A DNA stretch of 63,914 nt, filler included, from Trypethelium eluteriae (GCA_051942245.1; 4 parts of 4 records of this genome joined end to end with filler, not necessarily neighbours in it); one strand, 5' to 3'. Positions 12,096 to 25,142 are shown, counted from the whole stretch's first letter. Translations and numbers: made by a program. Notes: generated by a model not told the origin, from the sequence alone.

Positions 12096-15000
12096 ATGGC
12101 TGATAGAAGTCGTGGCTCACGCGGCAGTGGGTCTCGCGGGGGCGGATCTCGCGGGGGTGGGCCTCGCGGGAGAGGCGATGCTGGACGTGGAAGGCCGCAG
12201 CCTCCTCCTGGAGCCCAAGCAGGCGTACCATATCGCTCCCGACCACAGCAACAAGGTGGACAATCTTCAGTGTTTGTGGGGGCGACTGGCAGAGCCCCAG
12301 ATTTCGATCAACAAGTTCACCAGACAGAAAACAAAGTGGGAAACAATCTGGAACAGTACGTCAAAGACAACCAGAGTAAGCTGGGAAAGGAATTTCCGGA
12401 CCGGCCTGGGTACGGTCAAGAAGGGTCAAAGGTGAAACTGTGGGCCAATTACTTCCCTCTCCAGGTTTCGGAAGATTTGACGCTTCGCAAATATCAATTT
12501 GAAATCGCTCCGGTAAAGCCTGCCCCGGCGGCTAAAGGTCGTAAGATTGAACGGATCATTGATATTTTCTTGGAGGATCACTTTCCTCAAAAGCGTAGAG
12601 GCATGGCTACGGATTACAAGCGGACTTTGATCTCACTCGAGGATCTACCCGTAAAGCAAAAGTACACGGTTGAATATAGAGACGATGGCGCAGACGCATC
12701 TGATGGGACTGGCCAACAATACACGGTCATCCTTCAACATGACTCCGAGAAGGGGGAGAAGCCTGTGTTCATTTCCATCATTGAACTCCTTAATTACCTC
12801 CGTTCTCAGAGCACCGCTGTTTTGTACGACCGGACAGCGAAAGCCACAGCAATCCAAACCCTCAATATTATCATCGGCCACGGTCCGAAATCCGATCGTG
12901 ACATTGCCTCAATCGGAGCAAACAAGCATTTCGCCCTGTCAGGAAACCTGTACGAGCGAGCAGACCTTGGCTATGGGCTTGAATGCCTTCGAGGCTTCTT
13001 CGTGAGCGTCCGACCTGCTACTTATCGTATCCTCCTCAACATTCAAGTGAAGCACGCAGCTATGTACAAGCCTGGTACGGTCAACAGTGTTGTCAGGGAC
13101 TTTACAGGGGGCCGCAAGGACTTTCCGCCTGCGCAGGTGCATAAATTTCTGGCGAGAGTGCGGGTTGAGCTTACCCATCTCGCAAGAAAGAATAAATCTG
13201 GCGAGAAAGTAACAAGGATCAAGACCATCTACGGCTTAGCTACTCCTCGAGATGGAAAAGACTCTTCAAACCCTCCGAAGGTCCCTGTTTTGGGCGCCGC
13301 TTCACAGCAGGTGCGATTCTACATCGAGAACCCGCCTCAAGAATCAGGAATACCGCAAGGCAGTTTTATCACTGTTGCAGACTATTTCAAAAAGGTCTAC
13401 GACCATACATGTAGCGCAGCTCCTGTCCTCAATGTCGGAACTCATAAACGTCCAGTCTATGTTCCTCCTGAATTATGCCGCATTATTCCAGGTCAACCAG
13501 CTGGCGTGAAGCTCAGTCCAAGTCAGACCAAGAACATGACAGATTTTTCCATTCGAAGTCCTGCTGCCAATGCCAATACAATTGTTCGGAACGGGCCTAA
13601 ACTGCTTGGACTGGATCCATTGAATCAAACCTTAACTTCATTCAAAATCAAGACGAACCATCCCCCGAACATGATTACGGTACCGGGAAGGGTTCTCAGT
13701 GGTCCGTCGGTTACTTATAGAGCTCAAGTGAAACCGAAAAATATCCGCGACGCGGGCTGGAATCTCAACGGTGTCCAGTTTGCTGAGGGTACTGCCCTGC
13801 GCGAATGGGCATATATGACTCTAAGACAAGGTAATGTTGGCGAAAAACATGCAGACTGTTTGACACAGATTCAATCATTCGAAAGAGCAATGAACAGGAG
13901 TGGAATCCAGGCATCCAAGCCTCGGTGGGGAGAAAGCGTTAATTGGAACTTGGAGCCCGCGGTTCGCGAAGCCCAGCTCACGTCTGTTTTCAGGAAATGT
14001 GAAAGTCAACGACTTCAGATGCTTATCGTCATCCTACCGACAAAGGATGTCACGAAAGACGCGATCTACAAGAAGATTAAAGCCTTCGGAGATGTTACAT
14101 ATGGAGTCCATACAGTTTGCATGACAGTTTCCAACCTTATGAAAGACGACATTGGCACCTTCGCAAACATTGCATTGAAAGTGAACGCAAAGTTGGGTGG
14201 GACCAATCATTCCTTAGAAGCAAAACATTGCTCCTTGATTCGACAAGGAAGCACGATGGTACTCGGAATCGATGTCACTCATCCTTCTCCAGGATCTTCA
14301 GAGGATGCTCCAAGTGTCGTTGCAATGGTTGCGAGCACTGGTCCAAACCTTGGGCAGTGGCCTGCAGAACTCTCCCTACAAGAAAAGTCGAGGCAAGAGA
14401 CAGTCATTAAGGAATTGGTGGCGAATATGCTCAAGACACGTCTACGATTGTGGCAGAAGATGAACAAAGCCAAATTGCCGGAAAATATACTCGTATACCG
14501 CGATGGCGTTTCAGAGGGTGAGTATCAAGCGACAATCGATGATGAGCTTTGTGGCATGCAGCAAGGATGCAAAGAGATGTATCCAGCAGAGTTGCAGAAG
14601 CGTGGTCTCCCACGTTTCTCCGTCATAGTTGTCGGAAAACGCCACCATACCAGGTTCTACGTCACCGATGAAAAGGACGCCCAGGGCAGACCCAAGAACA
14701 CCAAGCCTGGTACAGTCGTTGATCGTGGCGTGACCGAAGCACGTAATTGGGACTTTTTCCTTCAACCGCACGCAGCCATCCAAGGCACGGCAAGGCCGGC
14801 TCATTATTACGTTATCTACGACGAAATTTTCCGTAACAAGAAATTGAACCCCACGAACGAGAGACCCGCCGATATGCTTGAGAGGCTCACACACGAGATA
14901 TCCTACCTCTACGCTCGAGCCACAAAAGCTGTCAGCCTGTGTCCTGCCGCTTACTACGCAGACCTTGCGTGCGAACGTGCAAGAGACTATCTTGTTGACT

Positions 15001-15128
15001 ATTACGATGCCACTGCGGCGGCCACGCCTGCTGAAACTGAGTCCGGCACGAGTGGTGCAGGACGAGATGCGCAAAAGAGTAAGATTAATATCCATCCTAA
15101 GCTCAAGGACACCATGTTCTACCTCTGA
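12096..15128 (+). CDS. Argonaute (QDE-2-like; PAZ/MID/PIWI), intronless CDS
   Basis: 1010 aa; RGG-rich N-terminus, LWANYF, PVYVPPELC, KVNAKLGG, GIDVTHP, YRDGVSEG, KRHHTRF, GTARPAHY, YYADLAC. Probable 5'-UTR intron from a GTAGGT donor near 11799. Confidence 0.97.
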   Translation: MADRSRGSRGSGSRGGGSRGGGPRGRGDAGRGRPQPPPGAQAGVPYRSRPQQQGGQSSVFVGATGRAPDFDQQVHQTENKVGNNLEQYVKDNQSKLGKEFPDRPGYGQEGSKVKLWANYFPLQVSEDLTLRKYQFEIAPVKPAPAAKGRKIERIIDIFLEDHFPQKRRGMATDYKRTLISLEDLPVKQKYTVEYRDDGADASDGTGQQYTVILQHDSEKGEKPVFISIIELLNYLRSQSTAVLYDRTAKATAIQTLNIIIGHGPKSDRDIASIGANKHFALSGNLYERADLGYGLECLRGFFVSVRPATYRILLNIQVKHAAMYKPGTVNSVVRDFTGGRKDFPPAQVHKFLARVRVELTHLARKNKSGEKVTRIKTIYGLATPRDGKDSSNPPKVPVLGAASQQVRFYIENPPQESGIPQGSFITVADYFKKVYDHTCSAAPVLNVGTHKRPVYVPPELCRIIPGQPAGVKLSPSQTKNMTDFSIRSPAANANTIVRNGPKLLGLDPLNQTLTSFKIKTNHPPNMITVPGRVLSGPSVTYRAQVKPKNIRDAGWNLNGVQFAEGTALREWAYMTLRQGNVGEKHADCLTQIQSFERAMNRSGIQASKPRWGESVNWNLEPAVREAQLTSVFRKCESQRLQMLIVILPTKDVTKDAIYKKIKAFGDVTYGVHTVCMTVSNLMKDDIGTFANIALKVNAKLGGTNHSLEAKHCSLIRQGSTMVLGIDVTHPSPGSSEDAPSVVAMVASTGPNLGQWPAELSLQEKSRQETVIKELVANMLKTRLRLWQKMNKAKLPENILVYRDGVSEGEYQATIDDELCGMQQGCKEMYPAELQKRGLPRFSVIVVGKRHHTRFYVTDEKDAQGRPKNTKPGTVVDRGVTEARNWDFFLQPHAAIQGTARPAHYYVIYDEIFRNKKLNPTNERPADMLERLTHEISYLYARATKAVSLCPAAYYADLACERARDYLVDYYDATAAATPAETESGTSGAGRDAQKSKINIHPKLKDTMFYL

Positions 15129-15798
15129 GGCTCTTCACCAAAGTACGGCACTTTTCTTCCCGATTCTGGGCGTTGTTTGGAGATTATATGCAGTTGTCTG
15201 ACGGTTCTATTTCTTTGGTCACGGCAGATTTTTGGATGTCCCAGCAAGCGAGGGATTGGGCTATTCACGGACACTTGAGATTCGAGGCAGAGGTCTGAAG
15301 ACATGCCTATACGATGTCTTTTGGACTGGGCGGAGCCTATCCAATGACTTTCTTTTCCACTCTTTCCACAATGAAATGAACCGGAATCTCTTTTTCAATG
15401 ACAGCGGTTTGCTTCTTCTTTGAAATCTCTTGGTTATTTCAATTGTTTTTCTTCACCCCACACTTGGAGACCACGCACACGCAACTTTACTTGCAGTCAC
15501 GGCAATGGCGTTGGTGGTACTGGAAAATCTCCAACTTTCTTGGTTTCTTTCGTTTTGAGCAGCAGTATTCTTAGCTTTCGAGCACGAAACACAACAGTAA
15601 AGACAGCCGAGTATCGTTGAGATATGAGCGGCGGCTATGACAATATTGTTTGCTTTAGTGCTCGTTCCTTTTTGAGAGTGCTGTATCCTGCATGATCATG
15701 CCACGCGAGATTGCACCTACGGTGCTCCATTGCGAAAATCATAGACCCTTCTACAAAGATCATGATGCTTTATTCAGACACCGGTAGGGAATGAATGC

Positions 15799-16259
15799 CT
15801 ATGCACGGGAATTTGATCCCTTTCCCTCCATCCCCTCCTCCCTAGCCATCTCTCGAGCCAGCCACTCTGCCTCAGCACGCACGTCAGCTGTACTCCTATT
15901 CTTCCGATGTGCTTCTGGCGTGAAATTGCCCGTCCTCCTCTGTGGTGCCTTCTCTTCGTTATCTCTTGCTCCCTTCTCGTACACTTCAATTCCAGATGCA
16001 TCTCTCTTTACACCTGTGCCATCTTGAGCATCCCCTTTTTCCACCTCAGCAGCTTCGTACTGCTGATTCAAATCCCCTTCTTCACTCTCCAACCACTCAT
16101 ACAAGACATCTCCCCCTCCATACGGCTCCAGATCTCCGTCTCGCCGAGGTATTACATGTATATGCAAATGCGGCACCGTCTGTCCCGCCGCAACCCCATC
16201 TTGAATCGCCACATTGAACGCCGTGACCTTCCCTGCCGGCCTTCTCGCCTGTCTCCGCC
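15799..16259 (-). CDS. HNT2: HIT-family bis(5'-adenosyl)-triphosphatase (Fhit/Hnt2-like), 5' truncated by contig end
   Basis: FNVAIQDGVAAGQTVPHLHIHVIPR histidine triad and C-terminal RSTADVRAEAEWLA. Confidence 0.85.
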
Positions 16260-16359
16260 NNNNNNNNNNNNNNNNNNNNNNNNNNNNNNNNNNNNNNNNN
16301 NNNTTAATTAATTAANNNNNNNNNNNNNNNNNNNNNNNNNNNNNNNNNNNNNNNNNNNN
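16260..16359. other. Artificial contig linker
   Basis: N44-TTAATTAATTAA-N44; stops in all six frames. Confidence 0.98.
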
Positions 16360-16806
16360 GTGTGGGGGTCTGACGTTTGTTTTCGTTCCTTTGTTTTTCC
16401 TATTTTGCAATAGGAATGCAAGATAGAATACCTCTCTGTACGCACGTAAAGCTGGCTTGAGTCGCTTGGGTTGCTTGGGCTGCTTGGGCGGACGGGGCTG
16501 TCGCCAATGACCGAGCTTCCCCTCCTCGGCCACGTGGATAATTGCGATTCATTTCTTGATCTATGCATATATCCATGTGCATGCGTCGAAGCCAGCTTGG
16601 CTAGCGTACCCCCTGCAGCGCATCGCTGGTTTGACATTCATGAGGGATCACGAGAATTGTCGACGCGAGCCCAGCCGTCGCGAGTGCTGCATAACATCAA
16701 ATTACCGACTGCCCGGTTTGGCGCGATGCTTGGCGCCGTGCTCGAGGAGGAACAGGACAGCGGCGAGTCGATCTAGCCGCTGGGAGCGCATCCCCACCTG
16801 CTAAGG

Positions 16807-16843
16807 GCCTGCAAGAGCCTGCAAGAGCCTGCAAGAGCACTGC
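16807..16843 (+). repeat. 10-bp tandem repeat (GCCTGCAAGA) about 3.5 copies
   Basis: gcctgcaaga gcctgcaaga gcctgcaaga gcactgc read directly. Confidence 0.8.
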
Positions 16844-19800
16844 ACCGCGACGCACACTCCCTCCCACCGCCGTGGACAGCTGGAAGCCGCGGCCAGCTTG
16901 ATGCCTGTTGCCATGCGGCACGGGGATCTGCCCCCGGAAGCGACCGAGGAGCCGGGTACAAAGGCTGTCTGCCACCGTCCGTTGTCGCAATCGGCAATGG
17001 CGCTGCTGGGCGAATCTGGTGCGACGTGCAACATGCAACTTGCGACAGGACGAGAGCATCGCAGAGCGGGCGTCTCCAGGAACGCGCATGTCGTCTTTTG
17101 CAAATCATCCTCCATCCGCACTCTGACCTTGCCCTTGGCTCAGGATATTTCAGGCGATAATTGCAGGACTATTGGACCCGTGTAACATGCTGACTCCCTG
17201 TCTAGCTCCACCAATCACCAGCTTATCTGAGAGCTCGAGCGACGCTACCAACTTTGGCGACCCCACTCTCCCTCTCAAGTCATAGTGTCCAGCTCGCTCG
17301 CGACTAGCCATCCTAAATCCTCTTCCATGCTCCTTCTCCTTCACCGTGCAGCGCGCCAAAGCAGGTGCCTCCGATGGCGACGCGCTATCGTACTTTTGAC
17401 TCTCTTGCGTGGAAAAAGGAACTCCCATGAGCACCACGCTCCCTATGCTCCTTGATAGTAGATCGGTCCTGGAAGAAATCGATACTGTTCCGTTCCTAAC
17501 TATAGCACCGTCATGCTCAGCACTTGGTCAACTTTACGAGGCCGGCGCGAACGAGCGGCAGTATGTGTCCGTCTCCAAATGTCCCGCCTAGCAGAGTACT
17601 ATCTGATTGTAATCCGTGGAGCGGAATGGCGCGAGGCTCAAACTGGATTGGGACGAAGTCGCCCAGCTCTTGGCTCAAGAGCCAGCCCCATTGATTCGGA
17701 TCCCGCAGCCATGCCACCAGACCGAAGGGTGGAAGCCAACCCGCAGGTGTTGTCCTTGCTTACGAGGGAAAAAGATTTTCGGTTCCCGCGGTTTGGCTGC
17801 CACGCGATGGACAAGGGGGACGTTCTTCGCCAGAAGCCATGTCCAAGCCAAGCTCGCTGGGGTTCGAGATGCACTGATAATCACCGAACGCCGGCGTCTT
17901 GGTCTTAGCTCGGCGATGACAAGAAATTGCATCTCGAATAGTCCCAGACTAGGCCGGCTAGAGATACAAGAATAGCCTGCTCCCTACATCCCCGCCAAAT
18001 TAGCATTTGCCCAGACCAGAAGAGTATCCAGACGCGAACACTGGGAGCATCTAATCTGGGAAAAGTAGGCGACCGAGGGTTCGATACGTCTCAACTGCAT
18101 TTTCTGCACCGCGCATGCGGTATCCAGGCCGCTTTGCAAATTTCTGGGTGCAGGCCGGGTGCGTCTACACGAGGTACCCCTAATCTGTACCACGGCATAC
18201 CCTGGCTATCTCTCAGATATAGCCAATAGTTATATGGCCCCGATAATGACAATCAGGGCGACGCCTTCTCAGTCGGGCGAGGTTGGTATCTATGAATTCA
18301 TCAATACTACATAATCTCAAGAATTTGTCAGGTTCGCGGCCGATCGACGGCCATCCCTGAAGTTTTGTTTCTGCTAGAGAATGCTGCACAAGTCGGTCAA
18401 CTGGGGGGGAAACCAAGGTAATTAAGGCAAACCCGAGATCTTACATGTTCTTTCGTCATTCTCATAAATCGGGCACAATGACGATGGAGATCCTCCCAAT
18501 ATGCCCCTCTATTTCAGCTTGAATTTAAGCTTGCATTTAAGCATGCTTCTGATCTGCATCTAATGGGTGCGCTATCTGAAGCACTCCATTGAGCTGTCTC
18601 TCTTACTCGAAGCAGCATATCATCACCGTAAGCTCCTACTCCTACCGGCCAGCCACAGAGCTGGAGACTACGACCCATCATTCTAGCTTCCGAGGACTCT
18701 GGCATCGCTTCGCTACCCGAGGACTTATAGCCTGAGTCCTTGGGGAGTCCGCTTTTGGAATCTTTAGGCCAATTCAAGTAATGCTCGATTTTTGATGCCC
18801 ATCAAGTCTTTATTTCTGATATGTGCTCCTTCCGCATTGCCGATTGCAGAACACATGTTATTGGTCAGACGAGGAACAGCACGGACAATTGGAGGTGAAA
18901 ACGGATCGGCAATGCTACATTCATCCCGTCACCTTGCATCTCAACCTCAGTGAAAAAGAACCACATCCACAGTTGGGTTTGATCTCTTAGCTGCGGAACT
19001 ACCCTTCGCACCACTTCTAAGATAAAGGCTACGCGCCATTCCCGTTCGCCACAAGCCCTGGGACCGGCCGCTGCCGAAGCCTGAGGACGCCGATCAAGCA
19101 AGCGGTTCTAGAACCCGGTGATCGACGTCCAAAGTCTAGACTTCGGACTCAGGACGTGAAATGACGAGATTAAGCCTCACTATCGCTCTCAATTGTCGAT
19201 TGCGATTGTGTCACGCAATCCCGACGAATATATTCGACTGCATCAGTGCATCCATAATTTGTGTTTTGAAATTTGGGCGGGCATCGCACTCTAGACCTTG
19301 TTTGCTTTGCTGGGCTGCACCGAGCAGGCGCTCTGTGCAGGGTCTCTTGGAATACGGCCACTTGTCTTGGTCTTGGTGCTTTGAAAAGAAACGCCAAGAG
19401 CCTGACTCGTTCAAATCATCCTCTAAGGAAATCTGCGCCTGCGTACTGGGCGGGGTTGGCAGCAAGACCTGGTGACCTGTCCTCCACCTAAATCTCCCCA
19501 CAACTATCCAGCAAACCCCCGTCATTGTCTACATCGCTTGTCTCTACAATGAGTTCCCATTTAGCAAGAAGTCTCGAGAAATATGACCAAGAGCAGTCGC
19601 TATGCTTGAAACAGCAACGACTACCGGTGTTCTACTGATGTATCACTTGTCAGCAGTTCTATTGGGAATGCTGATTTGGCGAAATCATGCGACAAATCCA
19701 TGAACGAGTCATGTACAAGGGTATGGCTGCGAAAGATTCCTGCGCGTACCCAGAGTTTCTTGCCCCTTTCGCGAGGATACCCCCGGGTACCAATCGGTTG

Positions 19801-21647
19801 GCGCAACATTGCACATTCGTTTAACGAAAATGATTATCTTTCCCTCTTGTCGATTTTCCTATGTTTGACTGATACCGCAATGACAAATAGCTAAAGGCAC
19901 TCATATGCAGGCGGCGTGACCAAAAGCGTACATCTGGCTATAGTAGTCGAGATCTTCAAGCAGTGAAAAGACTACGTTTCGAGCTGACCGAACCCTTTTC
20001 TTTTTGTCATCTAAAATGCTCGACTCGATGTACCTGCGCAGTGAACTCCGGTACTTGCTCAATGCCGCAATGCCCCTCGAAAATCTCAGCCATGGAAGGA
20101 ATTCTCTTTCGTCAGAGAATCTTCATCGACAGAGCATGGGTAAACTTCATCAGCGCCGGCAAGCACAGGTCATTGCTACGAGTTCTGACGTCCGCCTTCC
20201 GAACATCGCATTTCTCGAGAGTCAGCCCGCCGAGATAAGAGTTGCTCAAGTTTATGGCGCGACTGGCGCTACAGAAAGCTACCATCATATTAGAAGACAA
20301 GACATCTTCGCAGCAAGAAAGTGCTTTTTTCAGCGAGTGAGACTGAGCATCAAAAGTTTGAACGCAGTCTCCTCGCGTATGCAAATCTAAACCAGCATTG
20401 CAGTGGCTATGCTTTTGGGGGTAGCTTAAAACTTGACAGTAGAGCGAATCTCCAATGCAGCTACAAGCTCACATGGCAAGTTCACGAGGCAAGTTCATAA
20501 ATTAGCAGTGAACGAAAGCTATCCGTATTGCAGGTCAGAAGCAAGCTTCTCCGCAGGTTCAAACAATTCCGACTCAACATCTCGCACAGACGGACATACC
20601 TCTGAAGCTAGTTCACCTCCGGCACCTACAAGAAAAGTTTCCCAACACGTGCGCAGTCTATTGTCATTGACCTACAAGGATACTACTTACCCAAAGTCAT
20701 CAACGTCACAAATACGCGCACGATGTCCTGAATCTTACTCGACTTCATTCAGATAAGTTGCCACGATTGAGATGATAGACAAATCATCCACGAGGTCTAG
20801 AAAGTAATATCATGTTATATTTGCTCAGCTCGCGGGAACTTTGAATTGGTCTAGTCGATTCAGCCTGTAGAAGAGCGAGAGTAGAAGTGAGATCAAGTGA
20901 GATGTACGATATTGGTGACAGGTCTCCCAAATTGAATGAATGTGTGAAGAGAGTTGGAAGGAGGAACAAATGAAACAGCAGCAACATGGCTTGCTGGAAT
21001 TGATAACCCAAAGCCCACCAGAAAGGTGGTTCTTCTTGATGAAGTACTGACGAAGCCGTGGAAATGGGGATTGAAATGGACTGGTGAAAGAGGCTAAGCA
21101 CTCAATCTGAGCAATGCTGTACGGTACTTCGAATGATATCGTAACAGTGAGCTTGATCGTTTGGGGTGCATGACCTAGTCCTAAAACAGCAAGGCTCATT
21201 CACATGCCCAGTGGCCATAACAGGCTCGACTCTCGCATTGGAAATCAAGATCTCTCAAATTAATTCAGCCCGATAGGCGAATTCCATGATGACTGATAAA
21301 GTGATTCATAACGATTGGTAGCCAGCGAGGTGGCCCCACTGTCGCCTTGCCCAAGGCAGCTGGGCGGGAAGGCAACACCTTGAAAATGAGGCTCTACTCT
21401 AGCAAGCTAGCACAGGGGAGCCCTCAGAAGAGCCTGCATGACAGCCTTGCGCGATAAACATAAAAGCATGAAAAGGTTCGGCACCACGGTCGGGCGTATC
21501 CAAGCCCTTACGACTATAGTGCCCTCCTCCGCAAGTCCTTGGCAAAACGCGTCAACCCCAATAAGCCGTGGTGCATTGCCAAGACCCAATAGCCGTTAAC
21601 CGGACCTTCAGTATTCAATTCAGCCTCGCTATACACGGAAACAAAGT

Positions 21648-21986
21648 ATGCCAGCAGGGTGGGTTGAAGATACTTTCCCGCGTTATCAACTACCAAAGCC
21701 CGTCATGATCGCGTTTCTCGAGGAGCAATTTGGCAAAAAGGACTTCGAAGTCAAGGTAATGAAGTTTCAACAGCTTCCTCATGTAGCCCATTAGGACCAA
21801 GCACTGATACTAGGGTAGTTCCGGAATGACGACTATGTTTTTACGATCCCAGAAAAGTTAAGCGAGGTCAGATTCAGCTAAGGGTGTGAATGTTCCTGTG
21901 CGCAGCTAATTATTGATCAATATTTTCAGACACATAAGAAAGAACTTCAGAAGTTACGCGCAGCGCATAGGAACGAGGATGAGTAG
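21648..21986 (+). CDS. 70-aa three-exon microprotein
   Basis: Exons 21648-21755, 21819-21866, 21930-21986 with phase-0 GT..AG introns and CTGAT/CTAAT branch sites: MPAGWVEDTFPRYQLPKPVMIAFLEEQFGKKDFEVK-FRNDDYVFTIPEKLSE-THKKELQKLRAAHRNEDE*. Confidence 0.75.
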
Positions 21987-22537
21987 GTGCTGCTCATTGT
22001 AGGGTGATACAAGGGACAGTAGCCCTGAATTGTCTGCTCGTTTGGACGAAGTGGCCACGTTGATGAGGGGCAGAATCTTAGTGGAAAGCTTTAGGCACTT
22101 TGATGTAGAAGTGGAATTGGAAGGGGATTACCGGTTGGGGCGAAAGCGAGATGATTGCCTAACTACGATACTTTACCTAGTTAGAGACTAGAAGGCATAG
22201 GATTGTTCAGCTCCGATCCTTCATTGGATGCAACAGTAGCCATCAAATAGACCTAGTCCATGTCGTACACATCTACACATGTTGTTTACTGGTACGTGTC
22301 CAGGTTTGAGACCTTGCAAAAGGCGAATGGCGATAAAAGCCATGTCGCAAGGGGCAAGCTCTCCCGATTGCGGAAAGCCCTGCATGCCCGTGGCGCCACC
22401 CTTCGTTGGCTACGCAACACTGCGTGGACTAAGCATTTCTGCCTTGAAGAAAAGGGATTTAATCTCGACTTGTTCCGTTTAGAGCAAGACATCTATACAC
22501 AACTCTTCACTGAAATCGTTGAACTCACCTGATCAAG

Positions 22538-24543
22538 ATGTCGTCTGAATTTGCCAGGATGGAAGAGGCTGCGGCGTCGTATCCGAAGGATTTGGACGAT
22601 CCGAACACTCTCCATCACGAACTCAATGCTTATCACAGAAGGCTGGAACGAGATGCATCGCATTTGTGCTGCACAGACGAAGCATCTGTAGACGTGCTAG
22701 AGCTTCTTGAAGGCGCCCGAGGTCAGTGCTAAGACGAATGCCCTTATCTTTGTTTTTGGCTCTCGTTCTTACCTCCCAGCATTGGGTATCTACAGAATTC
22801 AAACCTTTCTGTCTACGAAATGTAGATGAACTGAAAGGACATTTACGACGCCTCTCCGCGTTGGATTTCAACGAGCCGGTTTCTAGGATTATGTAGGTAG
22901 ATGCTTTAGGCACACAAAAGTCGTCTAACACTGTCTATAGATTTATACATGCCCGCAATTCTCGCGAAACTCTGAGGGTCACACGGAACATGCTTACTCT
23001 GATTTTGGCCTTCCATCGCATAATGCCGCAGTTTCTAGATTTCATCTTCTCTTTTGGCCAACAAAGGTACCGGCAGGATTTTCTGTATAGCGGATTCCGC
23101 CGTCAAATCGACCTGTCCGAATCTGACTGCCACTCCCAATGGTCTACTCATAATTTCGGTCGTAAATTCCAGTCATGTTATAGTCTGCAATCCGTAGAGT
23201 TGACTTCAGATGCCCTCGTACCCTGGTCCATCAGAAGGGCCGCCGTCAGTAATATATTCGACATTGAGACCGGCAAGACAACCTGGACGATTGTGAAAGC
23301 AGGTCCTTTGATGAAAAATCGTATATCAAAGGCTTTATCAGCTAAGAAAACCCCTCCCCTGGAGGCTTTTGACTCGGTTCCTGGAGCTTTGGCCGCATCA
23401 CTAGAGATCCATCTGCTCTTGTGTCAATGGGCTGGAGAAAATTGGCGCGAGTATATAAATTATCTTGAAGACGAGTTACAGAAAAGAACAAGGGATGTAC
23501 TATCCCAGTCCGTTGAAGGTGCACCCGATCCTCTACAAGACAATGATATAATGGAAACCGCAGAAGTAAACAGTCCACCGTGGCAGAGCGGTATGAAAAG
23601 AACCTTTAGTCAGAGATCTTCTGCTACAAGTGGAATCCGTATGCTCTCTTGGCAATCCAGACAGAGTACGACTGAACCTGCGCACTCGACTCGACCAATA
23701 AAGAAGGCTGGATACTCCACTGCTGCTATATCGCACTGGTCTCAACGAAGACCTTTCAGTCTTGAGGACCTCAAACATATCCACTTTCTCGCAGAACAGG
23801 CCGACGAAGCACTTCTTGTGATTAAATCTAATGAAAAAATTATCTCGGAATTGCAGGGACACTATCGCACGATACTAGGTCCCGAGCTCTTTCAAAATGA
23901 CCTCAAGACTCAATGCAGTACAGAATACAGGAGATTTAATGACCGTATGGACGCCATCATTGATGACTTACGTGTTCATCAATACCGATTAGTTACTCTT
24001 CAGAGCCTCTTCAACTCTAAAAAAGCTCAAGTGGGTCAATGATGTCAATCACTCAAGCTGCTTCTGTTGCTCACGAAATTTAGTTGAACGGAATGTTGGA
24101 CTTCTGGAACTCACAAGCCACAAATTATCTCGCCATGAAGGCGCAACTTTCGGCAGAAGAGATGGAAAAGATGACGGAGGAGATGGGAATCATTGCAGTG
24201 AGAACGGAACGGGGAACGGTGTCTATGACCATTGTTACGTTGATTACGTTACTATTCCTCCCTGCTACTTTTACTGCAGTAGGTCTACTACTTCTGCGGA
24301 TGATTGTACACGAGTGGCTAAGTAAGGCAGACTCTCATGAGTACCGGAGTGCTTCAGCTGACGCCTTCAGACGCGGGCAAACCCATCGAAGCATTTTCCC
24401 TACCTGCTTTTGAACGATTTCTTGAAATTGCATTACCTTTGACGGCGATGACTTTCGTAATATGCGCTATATTTTATCGATACGTCACCAGAAAGCGAAA
24501 GAATAAAGAGCAGGAGGGTAAAACAAATGAAATGATTGTCTAG
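22538..24543 (+). CDS. Fungal CorA-like protein with helical region and two C-terminal TM helices, about 5 exons
   Basis: Track ORFs 22538, 22990, 24084 and 24337 join through introns. IMPQFLDFIFSFG, WSIRRAAV, HLLLCQWAGENWREYINYLE, then SMTIVTLITLLFLPATFTA-TLMST and FLEIALPLTAMTFVICAIF. Confidence 0.8.
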
Positions 24544-25142
24544 AGTGGACGGCTCGACTTCAAGGGACCCTAGTCTTATTTCCAGTGCTCTATGCCCCAA
24601 TTTGAGATTCCTTCCTATGTCATACTTTGTCGTACTCTCCTTCTCCGGCGGTTCAGGCTTGGAATTTCAACATGGGCGACATTACTCACACCTAAGCACA
24701 CCCACTTGATCAGCGTTGAGGCATTCTTGACCTGGAAATTACAAGAGCTGAGGGGTTAGCTGCAAGGCTTACGCAGGTATCCTGTTCTGCACACGAGCAT
24801 GTAATAGCGAAAACGCTAGCCACTAGTGCAGCCGCCACATATTGATACTGCAAGGCTGTCACTCAGCCTTGCACCTTGAGTCGATCGACGAGGCGCCGGG
24901 CTGTGGAGTTGGGCGGCAATCTCTCCGAGTAAGCAGCAAGGCAATGAGGGGTGAAAGCTGATAGCTCCGCTGGCCGATGTGGATTGATCACTGGGGCCTG
25001 GGACTGGTGCTTGTTGCTTCCCATGTCGATTATCAGTCCGGGTTGGCGAGTGCTCTTGAACCTCGTCTGCTTTCTTGCTTCTACGCGCCAGTTCTATAGG
25101 ATAGATGAAGTTCTCCATAGTATTTTTAGGTCATCATACGCC

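Noticed and set aside
16304..16315. TTAATTAATTAA as a biological palindrome
   Set aside because: Synthetic six-frame stop spacer repeated identically three times.
22260..22532. 90-aa ORF just upstream of the CorA-like gene
   Set aside because: No motif; probably 5'-UTR or promoter sequence, although a uORF is not excluded.
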